From contig NC_092670.1 of NCBI RefSeq assembly GCF_964355755.1, forward strand, positions 6,066,201-6,130,200: a stretch of DNA of 64,000 bases. The letters run 5' to 3'. Under the pieces are notes generated by a model. The model ran no database searches. It saw nothing but the letters and a program-made list of their open reading frames with translations, and was not told the DNA's origin. This stretch comes from Antedon mediterranea. Lineage: Eukaryota; Animalia; Echinodermata. Of this stretch, positions 47,224 to 61,446 are shown one piece after another (position 1 is the stretch's first letter; each line of letters starts with the position of its first letter). The position numbers and the translations under genes were made by a program.

Positions 47224-50200
47224 TGTGTTGATTTTTGCCATGGAGTAAAGAGTTTACTGGTCTTTATAGGACTTTTCCAGATTAAAATGGTTTTGTTCAT
47301 TTCTGATTTAAGTTTAGCAACTTAACTAATAACTTAAATGGGTTATCTATGATATAATAGTTTGCTAGACTAGGTTTGTCCATCAACCATGTTTGAAATT
47401 AGGTTTACTTATACCAGGTTGGTTTTTAGTTTAGGCTAGGTTTTCTGTATTAATACTGTGCATGTATTTATTTTCATACAGTAGGTTTGCTAATATATTG
47501 TACCATCTTTCAACATCTTATTATCAAATATTTGATAAATGATCAAATTGTCAGGTTCAACTCATGTCCTTTGAATAATACCAGGTTTTTCTTTGGATTA
47601 GACCCTGTTTATATCTTAAAAATAGGTTTATTTAGATGTTTCATAACAATTTTTTATGTATGGTATTTGACAAGTTAAATTCACAATTCAAAATTAATTT
47701 ATTATATATTAATTTATCATGAAAGTGGTGTTTCTACATTCTACAGAATGCATTATACAGTATTACCTACATAATTGTGGATGCAACATATTATTAAATA
47801 TGGTCATACTGGTCATATCATATCTAATGTGATTCTGGACATGTCCTATTGAGCTTGATGACTAAGATGGTAGTTGATTTAACAGCTTACAATATGTCAT
47901 TATTATTGACTGTTAACTTGCAAGTCGCATTTAGTTTAATTTGATTGCTGACAATACATTATAAGATAGATGGATTTAAGATGGAGATTAAATGTGGGAA
48001 TGTTTTTATTTCTAAAATAGAATTTCCAGTTTATTCAGGAATATGCCCAGAAATATTGAAACTGGTCATTTTGAGAAATTGTTTTTCAATGACTGGACAG
48101 CAATTCCAGATTACAGTTGCATGCTTTTAAGCCGGAAATGTTTAGTAACAGGCATAGCCAAATAGCACCAGCCAGCTTGGGCAAATTTGAATTTAACAAA
48201 CGGCAAACATACTTTTTTTTATATTACACACATAAATTACAAAATTATTTCGCCATGTTTTTTTTTTGTTTTTTGTTTTTTTTTTTAAACCATATTTAAT
48301 GAGGGTGATCCATCCAGCTATTGCTGATCATTAGGGACCCTCAGAGGTTCACAAGACAAACATATACACAAGATGCTCTACATAAACAAAGTCTTATTAC
48401 AAGTCTTTAGGAGTGGAGTAATTTGGTCCTTAGAAAAAATCCTGACATGTGACGGGACTTGAACCAAGGACCCTTGGAGTGGTAGCCAAATCAAACTCTG
48501 ATTTTTATGTTTTACTTCATTTTCTGTAACTGGAGTTCTTATCTATTTTAAATTATATTCAGATTTAAAACCCTCTATTACAGATAAAATAAATCAAATT
48601 TTTTTCAATGTTTTTAAAATTTATATTTTTTATGTAAATCAAATTTGTTAAATTGTTCAGTGCTTTGATCTTTCTTTGGAAAGGCCATTTTATAAATAAT
48701 GAATAATAAACAAATAATTAATATTACTAAAAACTATAAATGTTATCCTGTAACCAGAGCTGGTGTTATTTATGCCCAATGATAAAGATCACGTAAAGAT
48801 AATTGTATCTACTATATCCGGTTTGCTTGTACCTGCTTATTGTTGGCGTCCACTAATTAAACTTAATTCATTCTCACTGGAGTACAAGTCATTGCACGCA
48901 TAGACTAATCACCAATGATTCAAAAGTAGGAAGAAAACATTTCTATTCTCTCAGCTTTTTTTTTAACTATTTGAAGTAACATAATCTACATGAATGTTTA
49001 AAAATAGCATTTTTATAATAAAATAGCAGTTTGATTTTGAATTCATGCTAAAGGTGTTATTGATGAGTATAATTATGATGAAATAGAGGGATTCAAATGT
49101 ATATTTCATCCGTTTTTTCCGTGGCAGTCCCTGTAAGGTACAAATATGTAATTTTTATGTCGCTATGGTCAATATTACACATGACCTTACCTAATTACAT
49201 CATTAGTTTTCTTGTTTTTTTAGTATACCTTTTTTTGACGGTGTTACATATAGTGTTATGATAGTATGTCAACTGCTATACTTTAAATACTGTAGACTTC
49301 CAAGAAATTTGTCGTTACTTTCCAAAGTTTCCCGATATTAAGGGTTTCCCCAATTTTGATAACACATCCCTACCCAAGTACAATATGTCAAGCAACCATT
49401 TTACAATAGAAGTACAGTAAGTACAATAAAAATAATTTTAAATTATTACTAAAAGCAACAAAAATATACAAAATATTTGAAAGAATCCTGTTAAGCCGAA
49501 CCCAGTTTTGTCGTTCAAGGTTTTCTATTGTGTTTGATTACCCGTGCCATTATTTTCCAAAATCATTATCATTTTATTACAATAAGAAATAATAGACTTG
49601 GAATTAAAGTTTTAGACTATCATTGATTTTTGTCTATAGTTTTAATATAGGATTGACCAGAGTCAAGGGTTAACTTTAATGTTTGTGGGTATTTTATCCT
49701 CTTTTCTACGAATGCTTGCGGTGTCATAGAATGAGTCACAAATAGAGCTGGTTTAACATTACAGTGCCCTATATTGGTAACAGAATTCTAGGTTCAATTC
49801 CAAGTATAACATGTTTATGGTACGATGAAAAAAGAAAAGAATATAGATTTTAATTAGTGAGATATTCAATAGCATTTATCAAACCACCAGTCTAGTGATA
49901 TAAGTCCATCATTTGGTTAGTACTATATGATCTACCAACATAGAAATTTAAACTTTTTACATATATACTTGCAATGAATGACAAATGTGATGATGCAATT
50001 TCGATGGAAAAGTCTTTCAAACTTTTATTTATGGATTACACACATTTTAAAAATAAAATTAAAAGAATAGAATAGTTAAAGAAGATTTATTCATCTCCAA
50101 AATATTATTAGGGATACCGTAGGTGAAACTAATGGTCTTTTCAATTGGCCTTAAAACTATTGGTAAAATACTCGGTTAACTAAATACCAAACGGGAAAAT

Positions 50201-51865
50201 AACAGGAGAACTAATGAAATGTGCAATCAAATATGGCAACAATTTGATTAGTTTTAAATTCCTTCAATCTGTTGATCAATTTAAAACATTTGCTCAGAAA
50301 TCTGGATAATAATGTGAATATTTCTGACAGTTAATCAATCAATTAGCTACATTCATAATTCAAAATGTAGATTTTCTTTCTATAAATAACTAAAATTGAA
50401 AGTGATATATTTTGGTGGTTCAACTATAAAGTTATGAATACAGCATTTGTTGAAACTTATTTCTTGGTTTTGCTTTGATGTTTTTATGCCATATTAATAA
50501 TTTCACAGAAATTGAAAGTAATGAAATAAAAGGACTATAGTAATTTATATATACATGAATGGTAATAAGGAAGTTAATGAAATGATATCAAATATATAGA
50601 TTACTATTACACATAATGAATGTATGAGTGAAAATGGTAGAAATAATTCTATGAGGTGAAAACAAATTTTCATCTTTTTAAATGTAATTATATGTACCAT
50701 TGTCACAAATGGCGGGTTATACGTTTAATAGAGTTGGAAACATCTAGATTATAGACAAAAATCTAAACACTGACAGGTGAACAACTTACAAAATACAATA
50801 ACTAGAAACTTAAGGAAAGTGGCCACTGCCTGGTTTGGAAAAAGTGTTTACTTAAAGAGATGTGCCCAAGTCCATCTGATAAAAGGGCAAGCCAGTTTTG
50901 CAGAAATACAGCCTACAGTGTACAGTAGAGAGCCTCTCAAATTTTTAAGCATTGTAATTTATCGATATACATATCTTACTCTTTATCGTTGTTAGATATG
51001 GCGAGTTCTATTTCGTGCCATTCATTCCTGTCGTGGGTGGGGTTGAAGCAAGTGGGCCTAAATACATTTTTTTTTAAATCATTTTGTATTATTTTAGTTA
51101 TTTTCTTTCGTCTTTGAATGAGTCTCTGTACTTCCTAGTTTGGACGGTATATTATTTGGAGGGCTTATTAGATGGCTGTACAAAATGGAATGATAAATAA
51201 CTAATGAATAATTTAATTATATATCTTTACATTTTTGTTAAATTTGTTATAATTCAGTAAGAAAATGTATAATAGTCATAATAAATTAACAACATTCCAA
51301 CCAATACATCAATCACTACATTTAGAGCAGTTGTCTGTAATTTATTCAACCATTTCATAATCATATTTGAAATTATTGAATAGCAAAATATTTTAATGGT
51401 CATCATTATTATCATCACTTACCGTGTCATCAAAATAAATTAAAATTCATTATTATATATAATATTTTTATTATCGTCAACATCATCAACATTATTAAAA
51501 TACATAAATAATAAATAATAATAAAGAAATAGTAATAAATATAGTAAATAATAATAAAAAATAAATAATAATAAATTACACAGCATTCTCTTTCATTAAT
51601 AATTATACTTGAAGCAAACCCATATAAATTTAAATAAATAAATAATTAAGGTATTTAGGTAAGTTTAATTAAAATGATGGTGACAATAAATAAAAACATT
51701 AATAATTCATGATTATGATGCTCCAATAAAGATTGAAATGTTGACATATATCTCATTATTTGGATTAAGTTTCGTACTTTTTATCTATTTATAACAGTTA
51801 AATATGTATTAAGTTTGTACAGATATCATCCATTTTCCTTAGCTTTCATTTTCTTCAACTACCAG

Positions 51866-51879
51866 ACCTGCTTGAAAAG
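51866..51879 (+). CDS. MYO10: Myosin-X 14-nt microexon (YLLEK)
   Basis: ccag|ACCTGCTTGAAAAG|gtaag supplies the invariant myosin (Y)LLEK that is missing between the flanking exons, with exact phases (1 in, 0 out). Confidence 0.9.
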
Positions 51880-54654
51880 GTAAGAAAACATTAAGTTATC
51901 CTTGATTTCTTTGCTCTGTATAAAAATTATAATTCAGTGATGATAATAATTTAATTAACAAATGCATTATATGTACCAAAATTAAAGGACATCTTCGGCT
52001 TCTTTGAAAGGTCTATTTTCATTATAAATATATAAACCTTTGAAAGAATATTGATATTTAGAAACTGAGTGAGGGTGAGTGTTCAATTTACACAGAAGAG
52101 CATTAACGGAAAAACGCATAGATTGTCCTACATAGAATCTGTATCTATCCTGAGCAAAAACCGCCTGTCCTTTCCGTGTTGTGTGTAAATGGTCATAAGG
52201 AATAACATTACTAGTACTACTACTATTGTCTGTGTAAATTGATCCTAATTCTTAACACTCGTTGTGCTTCACCGCTGTCAAAAAATAAATGGTACCTTTG
52301 ATATTTATGGATATTTTTTCAGTCAATTGAAAACAAATTCTGGAGTTTGGATTTTGAATTGTCTGTAAATCTGACTACGTTTTTCTTTTAATGAGCAATT
52401 AACATTTGCATATTTTCCAGATAAGGAAAGTACACGAGCATCTTTCAACTACATTGTATGCAATGTGTGCACGCACATTATTATAATGTGCATAATTTCA
52501 TATCTTTAAAAGTTACAATATTTTGTAATAAACACTACTTTCCTGTTTTAAGTATTATTTCCTTTGTTGTTGCCATATATTTTTTGTTTCAATCAATAAA
52601 TGCATTAACTGATCGCAGAGTGAAAAAAAAAGCTATAGTAGTGTATTACAATGTTACCATCCATTGAAAACAGTATATTAGTTGCATATGAGTCATCATC
52701 AACAACAAAGTAGTCATTTATAGTGTACTGGTAACTAAGTGTTGTATTATTTATATAGACATGTATTATAATTTATATTTGTAGCCTTTGTCTGCGATAT
52801 CTGTAATTAAATTATTTCTTTTGATAACCATGTACACACTGGTATAACATAATTTATTATTTGTATAATAATCAGGCCCTGGGATATAGCCCATCGTCCT
52901 CTAATGTTGATTTCATGCTGTGTGAAATTTCTCCTTTCATTTCATTTATTTTGTCTCATACCTTTATTATAGGTATTGCAACTCTTCCCAATAAAACTAA
53001 ACATAAAATGATTTTGTCATTCTATGGGATTCAATCAATCAATCAATCAATCAAAGTAACATTTATTTCTCTTCTTGTCTTTCATAGAAAATAAAAATGA
53101 ACAGGTCGGATCGTTTATGGCCAAAATCGCCTGCAAGATTTTTAAAATTAAAAACCTAACTTATAGATAATCAACCGAAGACCACCTACATAATTAAACT
53201 ACCAAGCGTATCAACTTAACCTTTTATATGCAACATAACCATATTTTAAGAAAATTAAAAAATCTGAATAATCTTATCATCAAAATTGTACGATCATGGT
53301 TCCATCTTGTGGACTGATTATAAATATAAAGACAATTGTTTTATTAAACAACTGTTTACCTAATTTCATATTTCAACCTGATTGAACTTTCACCAGATTT
53401 AGTAGATGCATACAAAGAACATAAGTTATACTTTGGTTCTAAATTAAAGTAATTCTAATTAATAATATCACGTTTGTATTCGTAAATAAGAGATCTAATG
53501 TTAAACAAGACAAAGAAAGAATTAAATCATTTATGCTTAAATTCATATATTTATGAATAGTGTATAGTATTAGTATCTTAACAAAGACTCTAATATTTTA
53601 TTAAATAAATTCATTTATACTTAATTTCATATAAATTAATAATTTATGCTAATATTAAACAAAATAAACATAAACAGGCAGATGAAATAATAAATTTCAG
53701 GTAAATACATTTAAACTCATGGAACATTTTAATTATCTAAAAATCTAGTACATGACCTAAATTCTTGACCTTTCTTTCAGAATGTTCTCTCTTATGTTAA
53801 TATATTTTTTAATGTAAATATTGAATTAATGTGTTTTCTCATAAATATTAACTTTATTATGCATATAATATTACATTTTACGAAGTAATCAGGTTTTCTT
53901 TGTACTTTGTTCGACAACAAAAGATATAGAAAGACTTGTTTTTCCAATTCCTTATAATTTATTCTACAGTAGCATGGAGAATATAGTTCTCCTAATTAAA
54001 CCCCACTTTTTCAAAAAAACTTTTTATTGATTACATGAAATAAAATTTGAGGTTTTTCAGCATTTAGTCTGATTTATTATTAAACACAATTAAGTCCCCA
54101 CTTTATAAGATAACCTTTTAGTTGTCTTAAAAAAATACAAGAAAGAAAATTGACTTCCATTGGCACAATTAAGTGACAATTCTTCCGTTCATTTCCAAGA
54201 TGGCATGGGAACAATTGTTTGACATCCAATGATACCTTAGTTCATTTTCTTCTTTGTTGGAAAGAAGGGTTGTACCATTTAACCTCCAACCAATTTCCCA
54301 AGCGTTACCTAGTATTCAATCAAGGCAATCTAACAACAGGACACTGAGCTTTCCTTGCCAAGATAGGAACTCATAACAGTCCTTTGACCTTTTGTCTGGC
54401 TGTAACAAATACCAACAGTACTGTACTATACATTATTCGCCACGGCGCGATGTCTGTTATAGGCCATGGAACTGATCTTGTCGCAGCCACAGATAAACCC
54501 TTTGATCTCTGGAGCTCAGCATCCTGTTATTAGATTGCCTTGATTAAATTACCAATTCAGTTTTTGCACTCAATTCCTCTTATATAAGTTTTGGCAAATA
54601 AAATCATATTTATTAATTTTCCAATTAATTAATAAATCTTTCTTTCTTATTTAG

Positions 54655-54739
54655 AATCGAGTAGTTGGTCAGAACCCAGGCGAAAGAAATTACCACATCT
54701 TCTATGCATTAATACTAGGGGCTCCAGACGAAATGAAAC
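54655..54739 (+). CDS. MYO10: Myosin-X motor exon
   Basis: NRVVGQNPGERNYHIFYALILGAPDEMK; AG/GT sites present. Confidence 0.95.
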
Positions 54740-55424
54740 GTAATTTGCTATCATTATTTATTATTTTGTATTGTTTTAATAGACACACTATATCATCATC
54801 ATTAGTATAACATTGAATGAAGTATGTCACGTACAGAAAGTCTGCAATAAAATTTGGTGTTGAATATAGTTTATTGTTGTATGATAGAACAGAGTAGAGA
54901 AAGCTTTGCTTCCTAAATGAAATTTGTAGATGTACCTTGAATTTAGAAACGTATGAAGTCGTAGCTTCCGACTCTTTTCAAAACATTGTTCGATGTTTGG
55001 AGCAAACTTTTAGGTTAGGTTTAATATACAATTCTCCAGTTATACAGAAGATGTTTTGGCAGATTCTTTAAAACATTACCATCTCCTAATATATTAACTC
55101 TGGTTGTTAAATATTCAGCCAAAAGAAAAAGGAAATCAAAATTAATACATACTAAATTTGTTTAGGATTGTCAAAATTGTTACTTAAAGCATGATGGGGG
55201 AGTATTTGATTAAACTGAGTTTTACAGTGGTTATTCGATTCTTTAGATTTTTATATTATACTCCGCAAGCTAAAATATGCATTCATTTATCACAGTACAG
55301 TATATCATACAGATAACAAAATTGACTTCAAATATACAATTTTTTTTTGAATTCCAACTAATTATTGATGACCGCTTATATAAATTTCATAAACAATATC
55401 AAATATTGACTTTTATTTTTTTAG

Positions 55425-55528
55425 AAAAACTTGGACTAGGTGCACCAGAGAAATACAAATATATAAACCAGAGTGGATGTATAAAGGATCCAAATATCAA
55501 TGATCAACAAATATACTCAGATGTTAAC
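55425..55528 (+). CDS. MYO10: Myosin-X motor exon
   Basis: QKLGLGAPEKYKYINQSGCIKDPNINDQQIYSDVN; ttttag acceptor, GTGAGT donor. Confidence 0.92.
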
Positions 55529-57737
55529 GTGAGTATTCAAATTGATGTTTTTGTATTATTATACACCAGTATACACTGGTGTGGATCGAGATCTCTCTTG
55601 AATAGGTAGGGTTATAAAAGGAAGCCTTCACCTCTGTTAGGGTGGAGGTAAGAACAGTGTTCACACACATACAAACAAATAACATTTTCAATACAAAAAC
55701 TAGATTTGAACTTTGCATGGCAAAATCAATATATGGCCATGATGCACATCAATATCTGAGTGAGACTTCATTACCAATACTCCTCTCATGTTGTAGTTAC
55801 AATTATGTGATATTTTTTCTTACAAATAATCTTCAAATTAACATGAAGATCATGTTAATAAAGTTAACTTCTAATAAATCAAATTACAATTTTCATGCGT
55901 TGTAAAATTTTACGAGGTTAAAACATTGTCACGTTTAAAGCGTTAAGTCCGGCATGACTCAACATAAATTTCATCATGATTTATACACGGTACAATAACA
56001 TTTAACAGAAAAAAAAACATAAGTGCTAGAATTTAGTATCGTATTCTCAAAGCATCCATTTGAATCGTAAAATCACATGAGTTGGATTTCAGACTAGCGG
56101 TGTACATTAAAACAAGTGATTTTCATTGGTAGAAAGAATATAAATAACACTTTGTAGGAAGCTTTTAAACAAGTATCTCTTTAACGCAAACATTGTTAAC
56201 ATTATAGTGACTGTCGGATACATTAAACTAAAGTGTTGCAATCACACTAACACATTGTAAATAATGTAAAAATGTTCTAACAAGAAAAACACAATAACAC
56301 ATCTTAAGGTATGCGTAGCAGCGTACCACAACAGTTAGAAATGGTGACCTTGGTGAAATTTTATACAAAATCGGATAGTTTTTGTTTAAAAGATATTTGA
56401 AAAAAAAAACATAAAAATAACCGTAAGAAAATAATTACCTCTTATATTTCTTGTAGTACAGGTAAATTTAAATACATTTTTATAGACAATTTTATTAACT
56501 GAAAACGTAAATAAAGAGTGTCTTTTTGCCTACAAGAACAGAAGTACTAGGCCTAGCTGTGAGATTCCACTGTGGCTAAAATCTCTCACACACATTTGGC
56601 CTATTATACACTACACTGGTTTTTCATTGTTTTCTTCACTCCTTTCCCTAATCTGCCATATCCTATTAGTTATTTTGTTTAAAATTTAACTTGTGTTTTA
56701 AGTTATATTCTGTATTCGCCAGGAACTTAGCTTTACAACATAAACATTGAGAACGTTCCATGTGTAAACATTGGAAATTTAACATCCTCAGCGATTTATT
56801 ACATTTACTAACATTTGTTCTCCCTCCTTTGATACTAAAGCTATTATGAAACATTCTTAATACAATATACAACATTACTTTGACACGAAATGTAATATTT
56901 TTTGTGCTATATTATACAGATTTCTGATAAAACACAGACACATTATTGAAAACATCAATTATCGCTTTGATACAAACATTGTAAATAACATACGCGAGAT
57001 GAAATGGCAAACAGGCTGTAGAATTCACAGGCAGACTGAAAACTTCATTGTAAGAACAGAGACACAATGCATGATATCAATGGTCTCATTGGCATGTTGT
57101 AAATAACCGGAGAGAGGTGAAATGTCCAACACGCCATTGATGAGAGCAATAAGACACTCGTTTAAGCGCAAGAGTCCTCTGGTTACAAAAGTGATACTAA
57201 CAACTTCTAGCAATTTCTAATTCAACTTATCCATTAGTAAAAGTGCTTTAAGCTATCACAATCTACCTTACTAGATTTTCTATGCATAGATTTAATATAA
57301 GCTCTTAGGCTGACAACAAAACTATATAAAAAATGAAGTTTTTTAATTAAAAAAAAAATATTATTATAATCAAGTAAGCCGGTGTTGACGATTTTAAAGT
57401 ATTTAGTTTATGAGATTATGGTGCTTCTTCCTTATTTACAAAATTATTGAACAAGTATCATTGCCCTGTCCATTTATGTGCGCTTATCAAACTGTGCCAC
57501 TTATTCAAGTTCACACAATTATATGCATTTTAGCAAATTTTAAATTCACATTAATTGGTTGTTTCGTCATCAACTAGTATCAATTAGGTAAAAAATTATT
57601 GTAATTTAATTGTTTGCATATACATATCCTGTTTTCACTGTTTTAATTATTAGGCATTTTTAAATTTAACTATGTGTTATATTATTGTAGTTAATATTTA
57701 AATATATAGTTTGTGTTAGTAAGTAGTAGGTGGAGGT

Positions 57738-58176
57738 TCATATCACTGTTGGGCTGGTAATGTTACCGGAGGGAATAAAGGACGCCTTGAAACTTTCATC
57801 CGTCGGGCTGGTAAAATGATTGGTCTGGAACTGCTTTCCTTTACCGATGTGCACCTAGAACACCTCCAGAAAGATTTCGAACGCATTGAGTCGGATGCCT
57901 CTCATCCTCTCCACAAAGTGATCATAGACCAACTTAATCCAAGTGGTAGATTGAGGCTCCTCAGTGTGAAAACAAATCAATTTGCTAAATCCTTTATTCC
58001 CTCCAGTATCATCCAGTACAACAGGAAGTCAAGAAGATAATTTTATCTTGTAATTTTTTAGATGTTTTTATATGAATGGTTTTATGCTATATTGTTTTTA
58101 TTGTGTTTTCTTTGTTATTATGACGAGCAATGAATTTCCTTTTTGAGGATCAATAAAAGTTATCTTATCTTATCTT
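57738..58176 (+). mobile_element. 5'-truncated LINE (Rex1/L2/CR1 group), 3' end
   Basis: CWAGNVTGGNKGRLETFIRRAGKMIG...DASHPLH...PSGRLR...KTNQFAKSFIPSSIIQYN is the typical ORF2 C-terminus. Tail AATTTCC..GGATCAATAAAAG(TTATC)n. Confidence 0.85.
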
Positions 58177-59222
58177 GTTGATAATAATGGCTCTTGTACT
58201 GAATCTTCCTATGGACTGCTATTTATCTGTTTTTGTATGACTTGTAATTGTTTTTCCTGAATAAATAATAAAAATGGAATAAAACAGATACAGCTGAACC
58301 TACCATAAACAGACATGCTTAAAATGAAATCTATAAACTAAACACTATGTTTTAACAAAAATAATTTTCGAATTTATTACTACTACTACTTACTTTATAC
58401 AGTAGCATAACATAAATAGTTTAAACTCTAGTTTGTTTACGTTTTGTTTTTAGTCAAATTATTACTGCATCTGCAAGTCTGATATTTTTTATTTTCTGTA
58501 TCAATGCTATGTTGATATTTTTTTCGCACCTTTAAAATACACACCTGTAAAATGACCTTGGTCATTCCATTTAATTTATTCAAAATAAAAAATCAATAGT
58601 GTATTATTTTATTCATTTTGTTGTAATATTTATAGATGTTTACCATTTTACAAGGGTAATCCAGTACCTGGAGGGATGCTGGAAAGAGAATAAGCATTGC
58701 TTAGTGCGAGATTTCTAGTAACACCCACAATCATGTCATACACATGTAAATTGAGTAATGAAAGCATAGAAAACCGAATATTTAATTATGTTTTACATCA
58801 AATAGAGTGTGGAAATTGTTTGTATGTGAGGTTTATAAATTATATTGTGATAAAAAAAAGTGTATGAATCACAATCATTATCATGTATAAAAGATGGCTG
58901 ACGTAAACTACATTTATTGGAAAATATAATATACATATACGATAGTTTTTTCAAATGAATTTTTGCATAAGGGAATATACGACCCTAATGAATACATATA
59001 CAGTACACTGTATTTATAGAATATGGTTTCTTCTGTGTGTTGAATAGAAGGAAAATCCTCCATGCACACACAGAGCCTTCATGGAACAATTAGCGCTAAC
59101 TCTGGTTGGTGGATCACCAACAATATCCGGGAACACATCATGACATCACATAATTCAAAGGCATTTACTGATATTTTAAATGTATATATAGGTTTAATTT
59201 CTTCATGAGAAAAGATTTTTTT

Positions 59223-59380
59223 TTAAAGAACCTAGTACATCTTTCGAGACGAGTAGGGGTTACCCCGCTGTACTATACTAGTTCACACACAGCCACTGTC
59301 ACAAACTCATCATATATATACACTGTGCCCTCTGGGAGAATAGTCTTAGACTGAAGAGGCTACCCAGTATAAAGAATGAA
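59223..59380 (+). mobile_element. Partial copy of the same SINE (3' part)
   Basis: TTAAAGAACCTAGTACATCTTTCGAGACGAGTAGGGGTTACCCCG aligns to 17605-17650. Confidence 0.7.
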
Positions 59381-59450
59381 TAGAAAGAACATTTGTTTGT
59401 GTCAATAAATATTTTATTTCTAAAAAATGTTTATTTCTGTATATTTTTAG

Positions 59451-59580
59451 GAAGCATTAAAAGACATGAAGTTAAATGATGAGCAGGTTTCAGATATGTT
59501 TGAGCTTCTAGGAGCCATCTTGCATATTGGTAACCTAGACTTTATCACGGCCGGTGGAGCACAAGTGTCATCTATGTCAG
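59451..59580 (+). CDS. MYO10: Myosin-X motor exon
   Basis: EALKDMKLNDEQVSDMFELLGAILHIGNLDFITAGGAQVSSMS; FITAGGAQVS is typical of class X. Confidence 0.95.
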
Positions 59581-61089
59581 GTAAATATATATATACAAAT
59601 AATGAATGTTTATCAGCGAAATGGTACAAATAATTTCATGAGGTGAAAGATGGAAGGTTATATTTTCACGAAACGGAAGCAGTACTCCATTGTATATAAC
59701 GTCGAGTGTGCTATAGACCCACAATCGTCTTATAGTGTGTTATAAAATATACATCTGCTGTTAGTAATTTAACACCAACATTATGAATCGAGAACAATTG
59801 GCGCACATTTACTTGACAGTTAATACTGTCAAAATAATATGTTTGCAGAAATGCAGTCGATATATTGTATTAAATCTATTTAGAAATAAACGGTTTATTT
59901 GGTGCTGTGCCGCAAAAACAGATCTATACAAGTTTTGATTTCTAATTGTTTACACATTTCAAACCAGTTAGGATATTGGATGATTGTAATAAGATGCTCA
60001 TGTATGTATGTTACCATGGCAATCAACATAAATAAATCCATGTACTAAATTTCATAGGTTTCTGATATCAAAGGTGTATGTACAGTTTTGAAATCGACTA
60101 ACAAGAACCAAATTTAAATGTCAAAATTTGCTTTATTGTTCAAAGGTTTGCATGGTGAATAAACACTAGTAAAGTAAGGTTTGTGGTACACCATGTATTT
60201 CCAAAAGTCTCATGGCACAAGAAGCTAGGCGCAGGCCTAAACCATTCAAAAAGGCAGCACTCAAATTTTGGATGCAGAGTAGAACAATTATAGACAGCCA
60301 CACTACTGCCTGATTTTCAAACGCGCTCAATCAACAGCCTAGCCATGTGTTGCGCATTTCTGTTTCTCACTGTGTAACAAAAATTGCACTCATATACCGA
60401 AATGGCATATTTGATGATGTAAGAGTTCAATGGAGTAATTATTTAATATCATCCAACCCACAACCCACAATTCAAATAACAAGAATCTACTCAGGTCTGT
60501 TTAAAACAAAATATACCACATTTCCTGATAAATATTTTATATTATAAAATTAAGAATTTAATTATGTAATATACTATAATATACTGTAAATAAAATGTTT
60601 GTCTATACCACCTATTAAAATAAGGAAGCTAACAAAGATGTAGACTTCCTCCCTAAAGTTTATCTTATTCACACCTTAATTTACATAACAATAAATAATG
60701 TATAGCATTACTACAGACTGGATCATCGCCAACTTAGTGGCTCCTCCAATCATGATACTGAGGACCGAGTTTTAAAAAAACTCCAAACTTAACACCAAAT
60801 AAAGTGTTACCAATTGTAGGTCACATGTTTTTATGCTTTCTTCCATGAGAGAAACATATTTATGGAATATAGAACCTTTTATTTTTCAATAAATTTGTAC
60901 ACTTAATATTGCAACAAATTCTCTTTAATAGTAATATTGTTTTCAATCCATTTTAAACTTTTTTGAAGGATTTTATAAATTCTTATATAATGCCTGTTAT
61001 GTTTGTATATTGCAGTACTGTATATTCCTATTTTTTCTATTAGTTGTTCTTGACTGATTTACTTTAATTAAAAATATTTCTATTTGCAG

Positions 61090-61208
61090 TGCTAAAGCAA
61101 GCAGCAGATTTACTAAGCGTTGATGAATATCAATTAGCCAATGCTCTCACAGAGAAGACTCGTCTACTCAGGGGAGAGCTTATTAGTACTCCACTTGATG
61201 AACATCAG
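61090..61208 (+). CDS. MYO10: Myosin-X motor exon
   Basis: VLKQAADLLSVDEYQLANALTEKTRLLRGELISTPLDEHQ; ttgcag acceptor, CAG|GTAAT donor. Confidence 0.93.
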
Positions 61209-61446
61209 GTAATTTATGAAATATTTGGTAGGCCTACTAGAGGTTTTTTAAAAAAACAAATTGGATTCTTTTGGATTGGTAATAGGGTATGTGAAGTGTA
61301 GAAAGTGGACTTCAGCGAGGGTCTCCATACTAAATTTTAAAATTTACAATGCAAAAGATATTTTCAGTTCTGGCACTTCATTTTCGGGTTTTTTTATATA
61401 AAAAAACGTATGGAAATATTCTTTCTGCAGCCAGTAATCAGCCTAA

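Larger units (their letters stand above)
44474..51865 (+). other. U12-type (minor spliceosome) GT-AG intron, 7392 nt
   Basis: 5' site GTATCCTTT is the U12 consensus. Branch-like TTTTCCTTAGC at 51833-51843 lies just upstream of the CCAG acceptor. Confidence 0.85.
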
